This document shows, piece by piece, positions 29,590-38,601 of a DNA stretch of 52,593 nt (positions are counted from its first letter, which is position 1; every line of letters begins with the position of its first letter). The position numbers and the translations under genes are program-made. Source of the stretch: a virus (Duplodnaviria; Caudoviricetes); the IMG/VR virus record IMGVR_UViG_3300050119_000254, positions 1-52,593 of that record. One strand, written 5' to 3'. The notes beneath the pieces are model-generated. The model did no database searches. It was not told the DNA's origin and worked only from the letters and a program-made list of their open reading frames with translations.

Positions 29590-30135
29590 GTGAACCCATT
29601 CGATTTCGCTCAATTACTGGAATCCGGTGACAAGTCATATAGTTGCACAATGTTAATGATGCCGGAAGAGGTTTGCCGGATCATCCAGCAAGTTCAGGAC
29701 GATATTGACGAAGATGATCTTGCTGGCGACGGGTTGGAGACGGAATATCACACGACAATCATGTACGGAACGCATACCGACGACCTTGACGAGATCAAGG
29801 AGGCACTGCGGTCAACCGGCATTAAGGAAGTAAGGTTCAAGATCGGCGACCTGACCAGCTTTCCGCCGTCCGTTTACTCGGATGGCGCTTCGGTCCTCAA
29901 ATATGACGTGGAGAGCGACGACCTGAACGAGCTCCACGAAGCTCTGGCCAAGCTTAAGTGCACGGAATCGTTTAAAAATTATCACGCGCATTGTACAGTC
30001 GCGTATGTCGATAGTGGTGTGGTCGACCGTTACACCGGCAAACCTTTCCCGAAGCGCAGGGAGTTGACATCCGATCAAGTTATGTTTTCAACGTCCGACC
30101 GCAAAAAGACGACGTTCAAGCTGTCCGACCCATGA
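29590..30135 (+). CDS. 2H phosphodiesterase, Acb1/T4 gp57B-like, with putative capsid-targeting leader
   Basis: two HxT motifs (YHTTIMYG, AHCTVAY); leader MNPFDFAQLLE. Confidence 0.75.
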   Translation: MNPFDFAQLLESGDKSYSCTMLMMPEEVCRIIQQVQDDIDEDDLAGDGLETEYHTTIMYGTHTDDLDEIKEALRSTGIKEVRFKIGDLTSFPPSVYSDGASVLKYDVESDDLNELHEALAKLKCTESFKNYHAHCTVAYVDSGVVDRYTGKPFPKRRELTSDQVMFSTSDRKKTTFKLSDP

Positions 30136-30656
30136 CGCCTGCGACCTATGCGGAATTGTTGGAGGACAAGATCCGGATCATCCATTACTCAGATGAGATG
30201 TTCGATGACGACGAAGAAATGGACGACGACTGGAAATATGAGGCCAGGCAATCGATCGGTGAGCAAGTTACATGCTGCTTTCATTCGAACGATCTACGGT
30301 GGGTGAACAATATGGATATCGGGATGCTGGCCTTGGGTCGGGACCCAGACGAATATTGGGACCCGTTCGTGGCCGGGTGCACAGTCTATCGGGAATACCA
30401 GGACCCAGATAGTAACGAGCATGTCTACAGTTTTGACATCGCGGTTCGCAAGAGCCATCAGAGAGGCACGATCGGGTGGAGCCTAGTTAAGGCATCGATC
30501 CAGGAGGCGAGATCGCTGGAATGTGACGTCATCAAGCTTTATGTCATCAACCCGTTGATGTACAAGATGCTGACGAAAATGTTCGGGTTCCGGGACGAGG
30601 AAGAGCCTCCGGATGCCCGCAACGGGTTCCGAGCCCATGTAGTGCTCTATCTATAA
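30132..30656 (+). CDS. GNAT acetyltransferase with putative capsid-targeting leader
   Basis: FDIAVRKSHQRGTIGWSLV acetyl-CoA motif; leader MTPATYAELLE. Confidence 0.75.
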   Translation: MTPATYAELLEDKIRIIHYSDEMFDDDEEMDDDWKYEARQSIGEQVTCCFHSNDLRWVNNMDIGMLALGRDPDEYWDPFVAGCTVYREYQDPDSNEHVYSFDIAVRKSHQRGTIGWSLVKASIQEARSLECDVIKLYVINPLMYKMLTKMFGFRDEEEPPDARNGFRAHVVLYL

Positions 30657-30658
30657 GG

Positions 30659-30904
30659 ATGAGCCCGACCGACTTTGATCAACTGCTGGAGGATCGACCA
30701 GGAACAACCACGCTCGACAATTTGTCACCGGCGGGGCAACGGCAGGTGCTCAAGATGGTGCAGGACTATCTGGCCACCCATCCGATCCCGGAGTCCGGCA
30801 ACCCAGACTTTACCGAGCTGGCCCGTCAGACTGGATTAACTGACCAGTCGCTGATCGAGGTGCTCAATCAGGTGGCCAGCCGTCGTCAACCTGTTCACGC
30901 GTAA
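30659..30904 (+). CDS. small HTH-like protein with putative capsid-targeting leader
   Basis: leader MSPTDFDQLLE; FTELARQTGLT. Confidence 0.6.
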   Translation: MSPTDFDQLLEDRPGTTTLDNLSPAGQRQVLKMVQDYLATHPIPESGNPDFTELARQTGLTDQSLIEVLNQVASRRQPVHA

Positions 30905-30929
30905 TCACATGCTTTTACTGATCATCATC

Positions 30930-32179
30930 AAACTAGAAACAAATCATTGATGTGCCGAGGTCGTCAAATCATATACATTCTTTAGGCCAGTGATCGCAGC
31001 ATTCAAATATCGGCTCTACCTCAATGTTGATCAGCGCATCGCGCTGGCCCAGCACTTTGGCTGTGTCCGGTGGGTGTACAACTGGGCGCTCGCTAAGAAG
31101 TCCACCGCATGGAAAGACGAAAAGAAAACGATTTCACGGTTCGATCTCAGTGCCGAGCTACCAAAATTGAAGCGTGCCGAAGGCACGGAGTGGCTGGGCG
31201 AGGTCACCGCCCAATGCCTCCAGCAGTCGTTACGGTGCCTTGATCAGGCATACCAACACTTCTTCAAGGACGGTCGTGGGTTTCCGAAGTTCAAGCGCAA
31301 AGATGGTTGCCAATCGTGCCAGTTCCCCCAAGGCGTGAAGACTGATTTTGAAGATGATCGATTGACGTTCCCACACATCGGTTCGGTGAGAGCAGTGTTC
31401 GACCGCCGGTTTCATGGCAAGATCAAGACCACAACGGTCTCAAAGACATCCACTGGTAAGTACTTCGCATCGATCACCGTTGACACCGGTGTGGACGTTC
31501 CCGAAACGGAGCCGTACTCGATGCATTCATCCGTGGGCGTCGATCTTGGTCTCACACACTTTGCCACGCTCTCCACCGGAGAGAAAATCGACAATCCACG
31601 TCTAGCGCGCAAGGCCAAGCAGGCGTTGGCACGCGCCCAACGTCGTTTATCTCGTTGTAAGGCCGGTTCCAAGAACCGCGCGAAGCGGAAGCTGAGGGTG
31701 GCGCGCATTAGTGAGCGCGTCGTTAATCAGCGACAAGACTTTCTTCATCAGTTATCCACGAGGTTGATTCGCGAGAATCAAGCGATCTGCCTTGAGACGC
31801 TCAGCGTCGAGAACATGAAGAAGAACCGTTGCCTCGCGTTTAGCGTGAGCGACGTGGGCTGGTCCACTTTTGTGGACCTATTGAAGTACAAAGCCATCAA
31901 ATACGGTAAAACCATATTGAGAATTGGACGGTTCGAGCCGTCGTCCAAACAGTGCTCATGCGGTGTCGTGAACCACGAACTGACGCTCCGCGATAGAACA
32001 TGGACGTGCAGGTCATGTGATGTCACGCACGATCGTGACGTGCTGGCGGCCCAGAACATACGCCGAATGGCGTTCGACAACTTAGTAGGGCAGGATATGC
32101 CCGAACTTAACGCCTGCCGAGATTCCGCCATAGCGGGGTCGATGAAACAGGAAGTATCAAACCAGACCAGATACAAATC
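30930..32179 (+). mobile_element. tnpB-only (IS1341-like) element flanked by ATCATC(ATC) direct repeats
   Basis: no tnpA; ATCATCATC at 30921-30929 and 32177-32185. Confidence 0.75.
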
Positions 32180-32273
32180 ATCATCGTTTGTTGCGGCGGC
32201 CACGGGCTGTGGCGCGGATGGGGTTATGGTAATGGTGGGTTGCTGGGTTTGCTGCTCATTGTGCTGCTTCTGA
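30990..32273 (+). CDS. tnpB: TnpB RNA-guided endonuclease
   Basis: AFKYRLY HTH, GVDLG, ICLETL, Zn finger CSC..CRSC, HDRD.LAA.NI; RuvC D-E-D intact. Confidence 0.95.
   Translation: MIAAFKYRLYLNVDQRIALAQHFGCVRWVYNWALAKKSTAWKDEKKTISRFDLSAELPKLKRAEGTEWLGEVTAQCLQQSLRCLDQAYQHFFKDGRGFPKFKRKDGCQSCQFPQGVKTDFEDDRLTFPHIGSVRAVFDRRFHGKIKTTTVSKTSTGKYFASITVDTGVDVPETEPYSMHSSVGVDLGLTHFATLSTGEKIDNPRLARKAKQALARAQRRLSRCKAGSKNRAKRKLRVARISERVVNQRQDFLHQLSTRLIRENQAICLETLSVENMKKNRCLAFSVSDVGWSTFVDLLKYKAIKYGKTILRIGRFEPSSKQCSCGVVNHELTLRDRTWTCRSCDVTHDRDVLAAQNIRRMAFDNLVGQDMPELNACRDSAIAGSMKQEVSNQTRYKSSSFVAAATGCGADGVMVMVGCWVCCSLCCF
32082..32179 (+). ncRNA. putative omega/reRNA 3' scaffold (5' boundary unknown)
   Basis: overlaps the tnpB 3' end; near-identical copy at 49007-49099 with a compensatory stem change. 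Confidence 0.65.
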
Positions 32274-32295
32274 TGATGCTTTTGCGCCACTAATC

Positions 32296-32890
32296 ATGCC
32301 AGATATCAACGATAATCATCAAGATCCTACCGAATTGACGACAAGGTTGATTCGGCGCGAGATGGCGTCTCATCAACAGATTATCGAGACTCGCCTCAAC
32401 GGGATGGACAAGGCGACTGAGCTTCTCAACGCCAACGTCACGCGCGTCCCCACTGAGACCGATAAAGCCATTTCTCATCTTAAGGAGCTCCATGATGAAA
32501 AATTTTGGAAGCGTGCAGAAGCAATTTGCGGAGCGAGATGTGAGGACTGATCAGGCGGCTATTGCGACCAAGATCGCGGTGGATGCTGCCCTTCAGGCCC
32601 AGAAGGAGGCCGCTGGCGCTCAGAATGAGAGCAACTCGGCAGCGATCACGAAAAGTGAGGCGGCATCGGCCAAGCAGATGGACGGCATCCAGGCATTATT
32701 GCAGAGTGAATCCAAGGCCACGGGAGAAAAGTTTGATGACATTAAGACGACTATCGCCAGCCTGGACACCCGGCTCACGGCGCTGGCCTCACATGGTAAA
32801 GGGGCGACCGATAACATGGCCTGGATTTTGGTCATCATCATGGCGGCCATTGCCCTGTCCAGTTTGGCTGTTAACTTCTTTCGTCACTAG
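32296..32890 (+). pseudogene. coiled-coil protein with C-terminal TM, frameshift at AAAAATTTT (~32503)
   Basis: HDEKF continues as GSVQKQFAERD if one T is removed. Confidence 0.65.
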
Positions 32891-32911
32891 GCGTCGAGCA
32901 TTCGTGGATGG

Positions 32912-33325
32912 GTGCAAGATTCGTCAGAACAATACTTCCGCAGGCTTGAGCGACTTAGGGTGGCTATGAAGGCCGCCATGGGGTCTCTGGTGGGTCCCAA
33001 CAACCCGATCGCCGAGCTGATCGACCTATTCGGGTACGAGTTGACGCTCAAGTTCCTGTTCTCGTTCGGTGGTCAGGTCATCCATGTCCCGAAGCTATCC
33101 CAGATCACCGAGATGCTGCCGACCGCCCAGGCGGCCTTGGACGTTGACGAGAAAGTGATGCCGATGCAGGCCGCCGTCCAGCACTACTCGGTCAGGGTCC
33201 GGGACGTTCAAGCGGCCCTGGAGATGTTGCGGCGCGACCGGGAGATCCGGACCAAGCTGTCAGTTCAGCAGGCATCATTGCTCAAGGAGTCTGGACTGAT
33301 GGATCTGGTGGGGCCGCCAACTTAA
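32912..33325 (+). CDS. Mor-like transcription regulator
   Basis: ELIDLFGYELTLKFL..FGGQVIHVPK followed by an HTH-like segment. Confidence 0.55.
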   Translation: MQDSSEQYFRRLERLRVAMKAAMGSLVGPNNPIAELIDLFGYELTLKFLFSFGGQVIHVPKLSQITEMLPTAQAALDVDEKVMPMQAAVQHYSVRVRDVQAALEMLRRDREIRTKLSVQQASLLKESGLMDLVGPPT

Positions 33326-33489
33326 CGCTTGAGCTTCCTAGCTTTCCCGGAGTCGCGCCGGATCGCCATTAGGTCCAGCGTCCTGCTCCGATTGTTGGCT
33401 GACATGTTGTAGCCGTCCATCCTGAGCTTGATGGCGTCCAACTCCTCCACCGTGGCAGCCGCCTTGATCGCTTTCTGGGTTCTGGTCAC
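33322..33489 (-). CDS. small basic protein, paralog of the adjacent ORF (not in the ORF track)
   Basis: MTRTQKAIKAAATVEELDAIK..NRSRTLDLMAIRR; CTAAGTA 5 nt before GTG. Confidence 0.65.
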   Translation of the reverse strand: MTRTQKAIKAAATVEELDAIKLRMDGYNMSANNRSRTLDLMAIRRDSGKARKLKR

Positions 33490-33497
33490 CCAGATAC

Positions 33498-33716
33498 TTA
33501 GCCGATGACCGGTTTGCGGAGCCCGGACTTAGAGATCTTAACCTTCTTGTCGGCAGGTCTGCTGCGATTAACCTGAGTGCGTCGGACTGCGATCAGGTTG
33601 AGAGCCCGCTCCCGATTCTTGGGCGTCATCCCGGCGCGGCCCTCGATCTCCTGTTTGATGCCATCCAATTCTTCGCCGCTGGTGGCGTCCTTGATTGATT
33701 GTTCGGTTCTGGTCAT
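33498..33716 (-). CDS. small basic protein
   Basis: MTRTEQSIKDATSGEELDGIK..NRERALNLIAVRR. Confidence 0.65.
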   Translation of the reverse strand: MTRTEQSIKDATSGEELDGIKQEIEGRAGMTPKNRERALNLIAVRRTQVNRSRPADKKVKISKSGLRKPVIG

Positions 33717-34339
33717 ATGATTGCTTTCCTGGTTGTAAATCGTCTCGGCTGCTCGATACTGATCCCACCAGTCCGCAGGCCGGTAGTCAATCGTTCGCGC
33801 ACATTTAGTGCTATTACACGACACGACACACACAGCGGTTGGATGTTCTCGACCATGTTCTCACCCAGTAACTCCAGTGGGACTACGTGGTCGATCGTGA
33901 TCTTGGGTGGGATCATGCAGCACCGGAGACATTGGCCACCTGATATCAATAAAATAAATGTTCCACTGGTCCTTGGTCAGAGAATTGGGAAGCCGACGCT
34001 TTGCAGCGCGACGTTTAGCATGTGTGACTGCCTTGCTACGACGCCTTCGCTCCCTATATTCAGCGTCTTCTGCTAACCTTTGCTTAAGTCTAGTCGCACT
34101 GGTAACATAGTCTTGTTTCTTCTGCTCCGGAGTCCGTTTAGCGCGTCGTGCAATGCATTGTTCGGAGTGCCAACCAGGTTGACGAGATTTGAGTAATGAT
34201 TGGGCGAACTGGAAACATTGGTCGCATTGCAACCACATATTGTGCCCATGTTTGACTTATGTTTAATTGTTCGCAGTGCATCTGGATGTGCATCAGCCCA
34301 CCGTTTGTTACACTCTTTATCTTTTTCGTACCGGGTCAC
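33717..34339 (-). pseudogene. HNH endonuclease with about three frameshifts
   Basis: pieces in different frames: RRAAK..LTKDQW / CLRC..TIDHVVPL..NIQPLC / SCNSTK. Confidence 0.75.
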
Positions 34340-34344
34340 TGACT

Positions 34345-35361
34345 TTACTTTTTCTTCAGGGCGGCTAGCTTAGCCTTCATCTTTTCGATGTCGGCATCAT
34401 ATTTGGCGAACAGTTCGGCGTCGTGCGCCAGCTTTTCGTTGGCCTTCTGCAGCTCTACTTCCGGGTCGGGAGCTCCGTTTTGCCGTTCCCGATATTTGAT
34501 CGCCATCTTCTTGAGATCGACCCGGTAATTCTCTTCCTGTTTGCCAGACTCGTCCCACGCATCTTGATCGATGAATGATTCGACCTTCTCCCGTACTATC
34601 TGGACAAGCGCTCGTGGTTCGACGCCGTCCAGCTCGTAGGAATCATCTCCATATTGTTCCTGAAACTTTTTGAACCTGGCGTCGGTTTGCTTGGCCGGGT
34701 TCGAAGGGATGTTCATAGACTGGACCTGATCCATGTTGAGCGCCACCGTGTGCACGTTGACGTCACCACGGACAAACATGGTAGTGCGTTCAGCCACGTC
34801 ACGTCTCATGTCAAAGCCCGATGGATCAGCGTCGCCTAGGTACACGATGTGTAGTTCCTTGCCATTTTCCGCGTGGTGGCGCATCCTCATGCCGGTCTCG
34901 TAAAACGTGGAACTGCTGCAATACCCCTTGTTGGCTGCAAATGGGACGTCGAGTTCCCGGCACAGTGGCACCAGAATGCCCTCAAGAGCCTGCTTCTCAA
35001 CTTGAACGCAGACAAAGCAGCTCTGGTTCTCCCACCGGTCGACTCGAAAGCTGGCTGCCGCTGACTCCACAATATCGGCAGGGGAATCCCAGTGAGGGTT
35101 GATCCGAGTGGACCGTCCACGGTCTTTAATCGCGTCCCAATCGATCAGCCCAGCGAGACGGGCGTCGCTGATCAGGCTTCCAAGATTATTGTAAGATTTT
35201 TGGCTGTTGGGGAACAGGTTAGCAACGACGCATTGGTAGTACAGCTGTCGCAGCGTCAGGTCGAAGCCATCCGCCTGGTAGGCGACGATGATGGCTTCGC
35301 AGCGGGCGATGAGCTCCAGCGACTTGGTCGTGAACTTGCGGGCAATGAAGAATTCTTTCAT
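34345..35361 (-). CDS. Topo VI-A/Spo11-like wHTH plus TOPRIM protein
   Basis: LTLRQLYYQ, VEKQAL, GYCS, YLGDADPSG. Confidence 0.75.
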   Translation of the reverse strand: MKEFFIARKFTTKSLELIARCEAIIVAYQADGFDLTLRQLYYQCVVANLFPNSQKSYNNLGSLISDARLAGLIDWDAIKDRGRSTRINPHWDSPADIVESAAASFRVDRWENQSCFVCVQVEKQALEGILVPLCRELDVPFAANKGYCSSSTFYETGMRMRHHAENGKELHIVYLGDADPSGFDMRRDVAERTTMFVRGDVNVHTVALNMDQVQSMNIPSNPAKQTDARFKKFQEQYGDDSYELDGVEPRALVQIVREKVESFIDQDAWDESGKQEENYRVDLKKMAIKYRERQNGAPDPEVELQKANEKLAHDAELFAKYDADIEKMKAKLAALKKK

Positions 35362-35484
35362 AGAGTGGTGAGTGGGATCAAACCGTAGTAGATGAGCATT
35401 GGAATGCGTTCGATGAAATCGTTGACGTGCATTTCCTGGAGAGCGTTGCGCACCTCCTCGTCTGGTTTATGGCTCAAGTTCATA

Positions 35485-35706
35485 TTAAGCGAACTCCACT
35501 TTGGGAGCGTAGAATCGAATAAGGTCATGCCACTTATCGTCCTCGTCCTTCGGGATGTCGTTTTCACGCATGAAATGCTTGACTGCCTCCATTTCGGCGT
35601 CGTGGGACCGGGTCGCCCGGTGCTCACCAGTCACCGAGGTGAAGCCAAACATTTCAACGGAATAGTGATAAACGTGGGAGTGGGCGGAGTATTTGGAGTT
35701 GATCAT
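35485..35706 (-). CDS. hypothetical protein
   Basis: small ORF in the minus-strand operon. Confidence 0.5.
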   Translation of the reverse strand: MINSKYSAHSHVYHYSVEMFGFTSVTGEHRATRSHDAEMEAVKHFMRENDIPKDEDDKWHDLIRFYAPKVEFA

Positions 35707-35715
35707 GCCACATTA

Positions 35716-35928
35716 TTAGCAGGTAGGCTTGCGTTTGTCAAGTTTTATGCGCCCACAGGTGGGCGTTGGCTCATCCCGATAGTCGATCGGAGCCATTTGC
35801 TCGCGGGCTCCATCCGCGTCGAACCACCACCAGCGACCGATAATGTCAAACTGCCCCTTGGGAAAGCACGCGTGGGTCGACGCGACCAACGTCAATCCGA
35901 CAACAGCCGACGTCCAGATGGTGCTCAA
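35716..35928 (-). CDS. hypothetical protein
   Basis: small ORF in the minus-strand operon. Confidence 0.45.
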   Translation of the reverse strand: MSTIWTSAVVGLTLVASTHACFPKGQFDIIGRWWWFDADGAREQMAPIDYRDEPTPTCGRIKLDKRKPTC

Positions 35929-36416
35929 TACGATTTGGTGAATCCGCGACGATGTCGGGAAGGTTCCACTTCGTCCTCGCCGTTGGATTCTTGAACGGCG
36001 TCGGCTGCTCTCTTCTCATTGGCGGCCTCCTCGAACGCCTTCTCGACCATGGCCAACTCGTCACCCTCTTGCTTGGGGAGGCGGCAGAGCACCCCCATCG
36101 GGGTTTCATCCAGCTTGTACATGATCGCCTCAGCGGCGCCGTTGGGAATCCTGGACGCAGCATGGACCATATAGATGACGATGTCACCGAGCTTGATGTC
36201 GACGCATTCGCTGCCGACTGAGATGACTTCTCCAATCCGGTACTTTTTGTCCACCATGTCGGTGCTGTCGCTTTCCGGGAGCAGCAACCCTTCCTTGGTC
36301 TTCGGGCTGCAATAATGGTTGGTGTCCTTGACGATGAACGATTGGCGGATCGCCACAGGCACGCCGAGCGGGATGAGGATGAGCTTATTGGTTGGTGGGA
36401 CGAGGTCTGGCTTCAT
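35925..36416 (-). CDS. GroES-like co-chaperonin
   Basis: KTKEGLLLPE mobile loop, GEVISVG, IKLGDIVIY. Confidence 0.75.
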   Translation of the reverse strand: MKPDLVPPTNKLILIPLGVPVAIRQSFIVKDTNHYCSPKTKEGLLLPESDSTDMVDKKYRIGEVISVGSECVDIKLGDIVIYMVHAASRIPNGAAEAIMYKLDETPMGVLCRLPKQEGDELAMVEKAFEEAANEKRAADAVQESNGEDEVEPSRHRRGFTKSY

Positions 36417-36837
36417 GCAAAAAAGAACGCAACCGCCATCGGATAACGGCGCAGGATAGCGCCAACATTATCATGGATCGGGTTACCCACTTCTTGTTCA
36501 GTTTCTGGGCGTTTCCCAGAATTGCATCAGCAAGCTCACCGGAATGGGAGTCACACCACTCCGGCCCCATCGCGTCCATCTTAGCGGCTAACGCCTTGCA
36601 AGCGCATGCTGTGGTGGGTTCGCTCATCCACGATAACAGCTTGGTCAGCTCAGTCCCAACGCCGCCGACTTGGGGAACTTGCTGGGCCGCGCTGGATGCC
36701 GTCACCTGGTGGGAGCACTCAAAATCTGCATCCGGTATTAGACCTTGTTGGACGAACGTCTCCCGGAACGCTCGGTCGGTCCGGCAGGCCACGCAGTGCG
36801 CCCGGCTCAGGCAATGGATTCCAAGGTTCCCGGTCAT
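36385..36837 (-). CDS. Cys-rich hypothetical protein
   Basis: HC..CR, GVGTEL..LL, CAC..MD..G..WC. Confidence 0.65.
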   Translation of the reverse strand: MTGNLGIHCLSRAHCVACRTDRAFRETFVQQGLIPDADFECSHQVTASSAAQQVPQVGGVGTELTKLLSWMSEPTTACACKALAAKMDAMGPEWCDSHSGELADAILGNAQKLNKKWVTRSMIMLALSCAVIRWRLRSFLHEARPRPTNQ

Positions 36838-38303
36838 GGGATTGAAACGGTGGCGTTACCGCCGCCATACAGGCTGGTCAGCGGATTGGTCGGTGGACAC
36901 GCCACAACGTTAGTCATGGACGTTCCTAGTGGCGCTCCGGAATTAACGGCAAACACGACAGCGTTGCCAAACGGGTCCGCAAAGTCTAGCGACACTATCG
37001 GTGACCATATTGCCATCCCGTCGACGATCGCACATGAAGCTCCAACCCCAAACACTCCTGATTGAATAATGGTAGGTGTTCCACTGCATCCGGGGTCTTG
37101 ATAGGATGTGATCGTGTATGAACCAACGTTTGAAGGCGCTGAGAAGTCGCTCCCGTTCCAGGTCAGCGATATGGCACCGTTTAGCCCGGAAAACGAGAAG
37201 GTGTACTGGCCTTGGCACCCGCACGATACTATTCCGGATAGCACGACCGTTACGGCGCCGCTGGTCGGACACATGTTCGTGGTCGTGGTCAGGCAGTGTG
37301 CTAATGGTTGGCTGGCCGGTGGGGGCGTCGGCGTCCCGTTGCCCTGCGCCATGGCCACGTAGAGTGGGGCGTTAGGGTCGCTGGGGAGCGTTACTGGCGC
37401 GGTCGCTGACCCATTAGTCAGCGACACAGTTTGCTGCTCGGCGACCGTCTGAGTGTTGCCCACTAAGATTGATAGCGTGGCGGACGTTGATCCGGGCATC
37501 GCTAAATCGGCGGTGACGACTTGTCCTGGCGCGTATAGGAGGGGCCGCACTGCAATCTCCTGTGTTATTGCGGGGGCAGACGGACCCGGTAGACAAGTGA
37601 ACGCTTGGCCGACAGCGCCGGTCACGGTTGCTGACACGGTTTCCGGGTCCGATGACGTGCAGGTTGTGGCATCCAACAGACTGGTTAATGCCAAGATAGG
37701 CTGTTGGTCCCCTAGAAACGGGGTTAAGCTCAGGGGGTTGCCGGTCAACGTTGAGGCGTTACCGAGTGCGTATCCATATACTGCTTTACCTGAGATCGAC
37801 CGTGGAATTAACCAGCTCGCGTAAGTGAGCCCGGATAATGCAGCGCAACCGTCGTAATTGAATGATTCTCCGGAGATGGTTAAGAGCGCCTCTGCCAGAT
37901 ATTGGAGCGCCCTCAGCGCCGCACAGGCTACCGGAAAGCTCTCCCAAGTGGCTCCGATGGCCAAGACGCCCATGACGGTGATCGCGGTAAGATCAATCAC
38001 CGTTACTGCTGGAGTCACGTAGTAGCCAGCGAGCGCCCGAATGGCGGTATGGACTTGTTGTGCCAATCCGTTACGGTCGGCAGGCGACGCCTCAATCGCC
38101 AGCGCGGTCAGTAGGTCGTTATAGTGATCCCTATCCGCTGCCGGATAGGCGGCAATCGATAGTATGGGAGGAGTTAGTCCGACTGCTAGATATCGCTGCC
38201 TCAGCGCGCACAATAACTCACCCAGTACGTTGCCATATGGGTTGGATGGCCACTCCAGCGTTCGCTTCTGCTGGCGCTGTAGTGGGAACGCGGCTCCTGG
38301 CAT
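36834..38303 (-). CDS. putative virion/tail-associated protein
   Basis: 489 aa, Thr/Ser/Gly-rich beta composition. Confidence 0.55.
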   Translation of the reverse strand: MPGAAFPLQRQQKRTLEWPSNPYGNVLGELLCALRQRYLAVGLTPPILSIAAYPAADRDHYNDLLTALAIEASPADRNGLAQQVHTAIRALAGYYVTPAVTVIDLTAITVMGVLAIGATWESFPVACAALRALQYLAEALLTISGESFNYDGCAALSGLTYASWLIPRSISGKAVYGYALGNASTLTGNPLSLTPFLGDQQPILALTSLLDATTCTSSDPETVSATVTGAVGQAFTCLPGPSAPAITQEIAVRPLLYAPGQVVTADLAMPGSTSATLSILVGNTQTVAEQQTVSLTNGSATAPVTLPSDPNAPLYVAMAQGNGTPTPPPASQPLAHCLTTTTNMCPTSGAVTVVLSGIVSCGCQGQYTFSFSGLNGAISLTWNGSDFSAPSNVGSYTITSYQDPGCSGTPTIIQSGVFGVGASCAIVDGMAIWSPIVSLDFADPFGNAVVFAVNSGAPLGTSMTNVVACPPTNPLTSLYGGGNATVSIP

Positions 38304-38304
38304 T

Positions 38305-38601
38305 TTAATTTAGTAAACGGTTGACCAGCGATTCCGGGAGATCCTGATCAGTTGATGTCGGTTGCACTGGTTTACCATCAACGATTTCACAACGGCGACC
38401 ACGGATGTAACAACGCTTGGTGGTGATGCTTCCTCCCACCCTGATGGTGAATTGCGCCCTGACCTCACCCTCTGCCCTGATGGCGCCCTTGAACCTTATC
38501 CGGGCGACCTCAATGGTCAGGTTATTGAGGTCCGCTGGTAATGTACCGGTATAGTAACATTGGGCGTTGACGTCTTTGGCGGTGATGGTGAGATCGGACA
38601 T
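38305..38601 (-). CDS. stand-alone beta-helix module with DLPESLVNRLLN tail
   Basis: paralog of the last module of 14775-16043. Confidence 0.7.
   Translation of the reverse strand: MSDLTITAKDVNAQCYYTGTLPADLNNLTIEVARIRFKGAIRAEGEVRAQFTIRVGGSITTKRCYIRGRRCEIVDGKPVQPTSTDQDLPESLVNRLLN

Larger units (their letters stand above)
30909..32293 (+). pseudogene. DUF3309-like small membrane protein gene interrupted by the TnpB element
   Basis: Removing the insert gives MLLLIIIVCCGGHGLWRGWGYGNGGLLGLLLIVLLLMMLLRH. Confidence 0.7.
3927..38343. repeat. dispersed coding repeat DLPES (14 exact copies)
   Basis: Starts at 3927, 4473, 4731, 9588, 9747, 13670, 14066, 14390, 15012, 15279, 15534, 16005, 22637 (+) and 38329-38343 (-); synonymous codons vary. 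Confidence 0.95.

Noticed and set aside
30990-32273. TnpB as a Cas12 effector or nuclease-dead TldR
   Set aside because: There is no CRISPR array or cas gene in the window, and the RuvC D-E-D residues appear intact.
32498-32506. Programmed -1 frameshift at A AAT TTT
   Set aside because: Joining the two ORFs needs a +1 shift, so a homopolymer indel is more likely.
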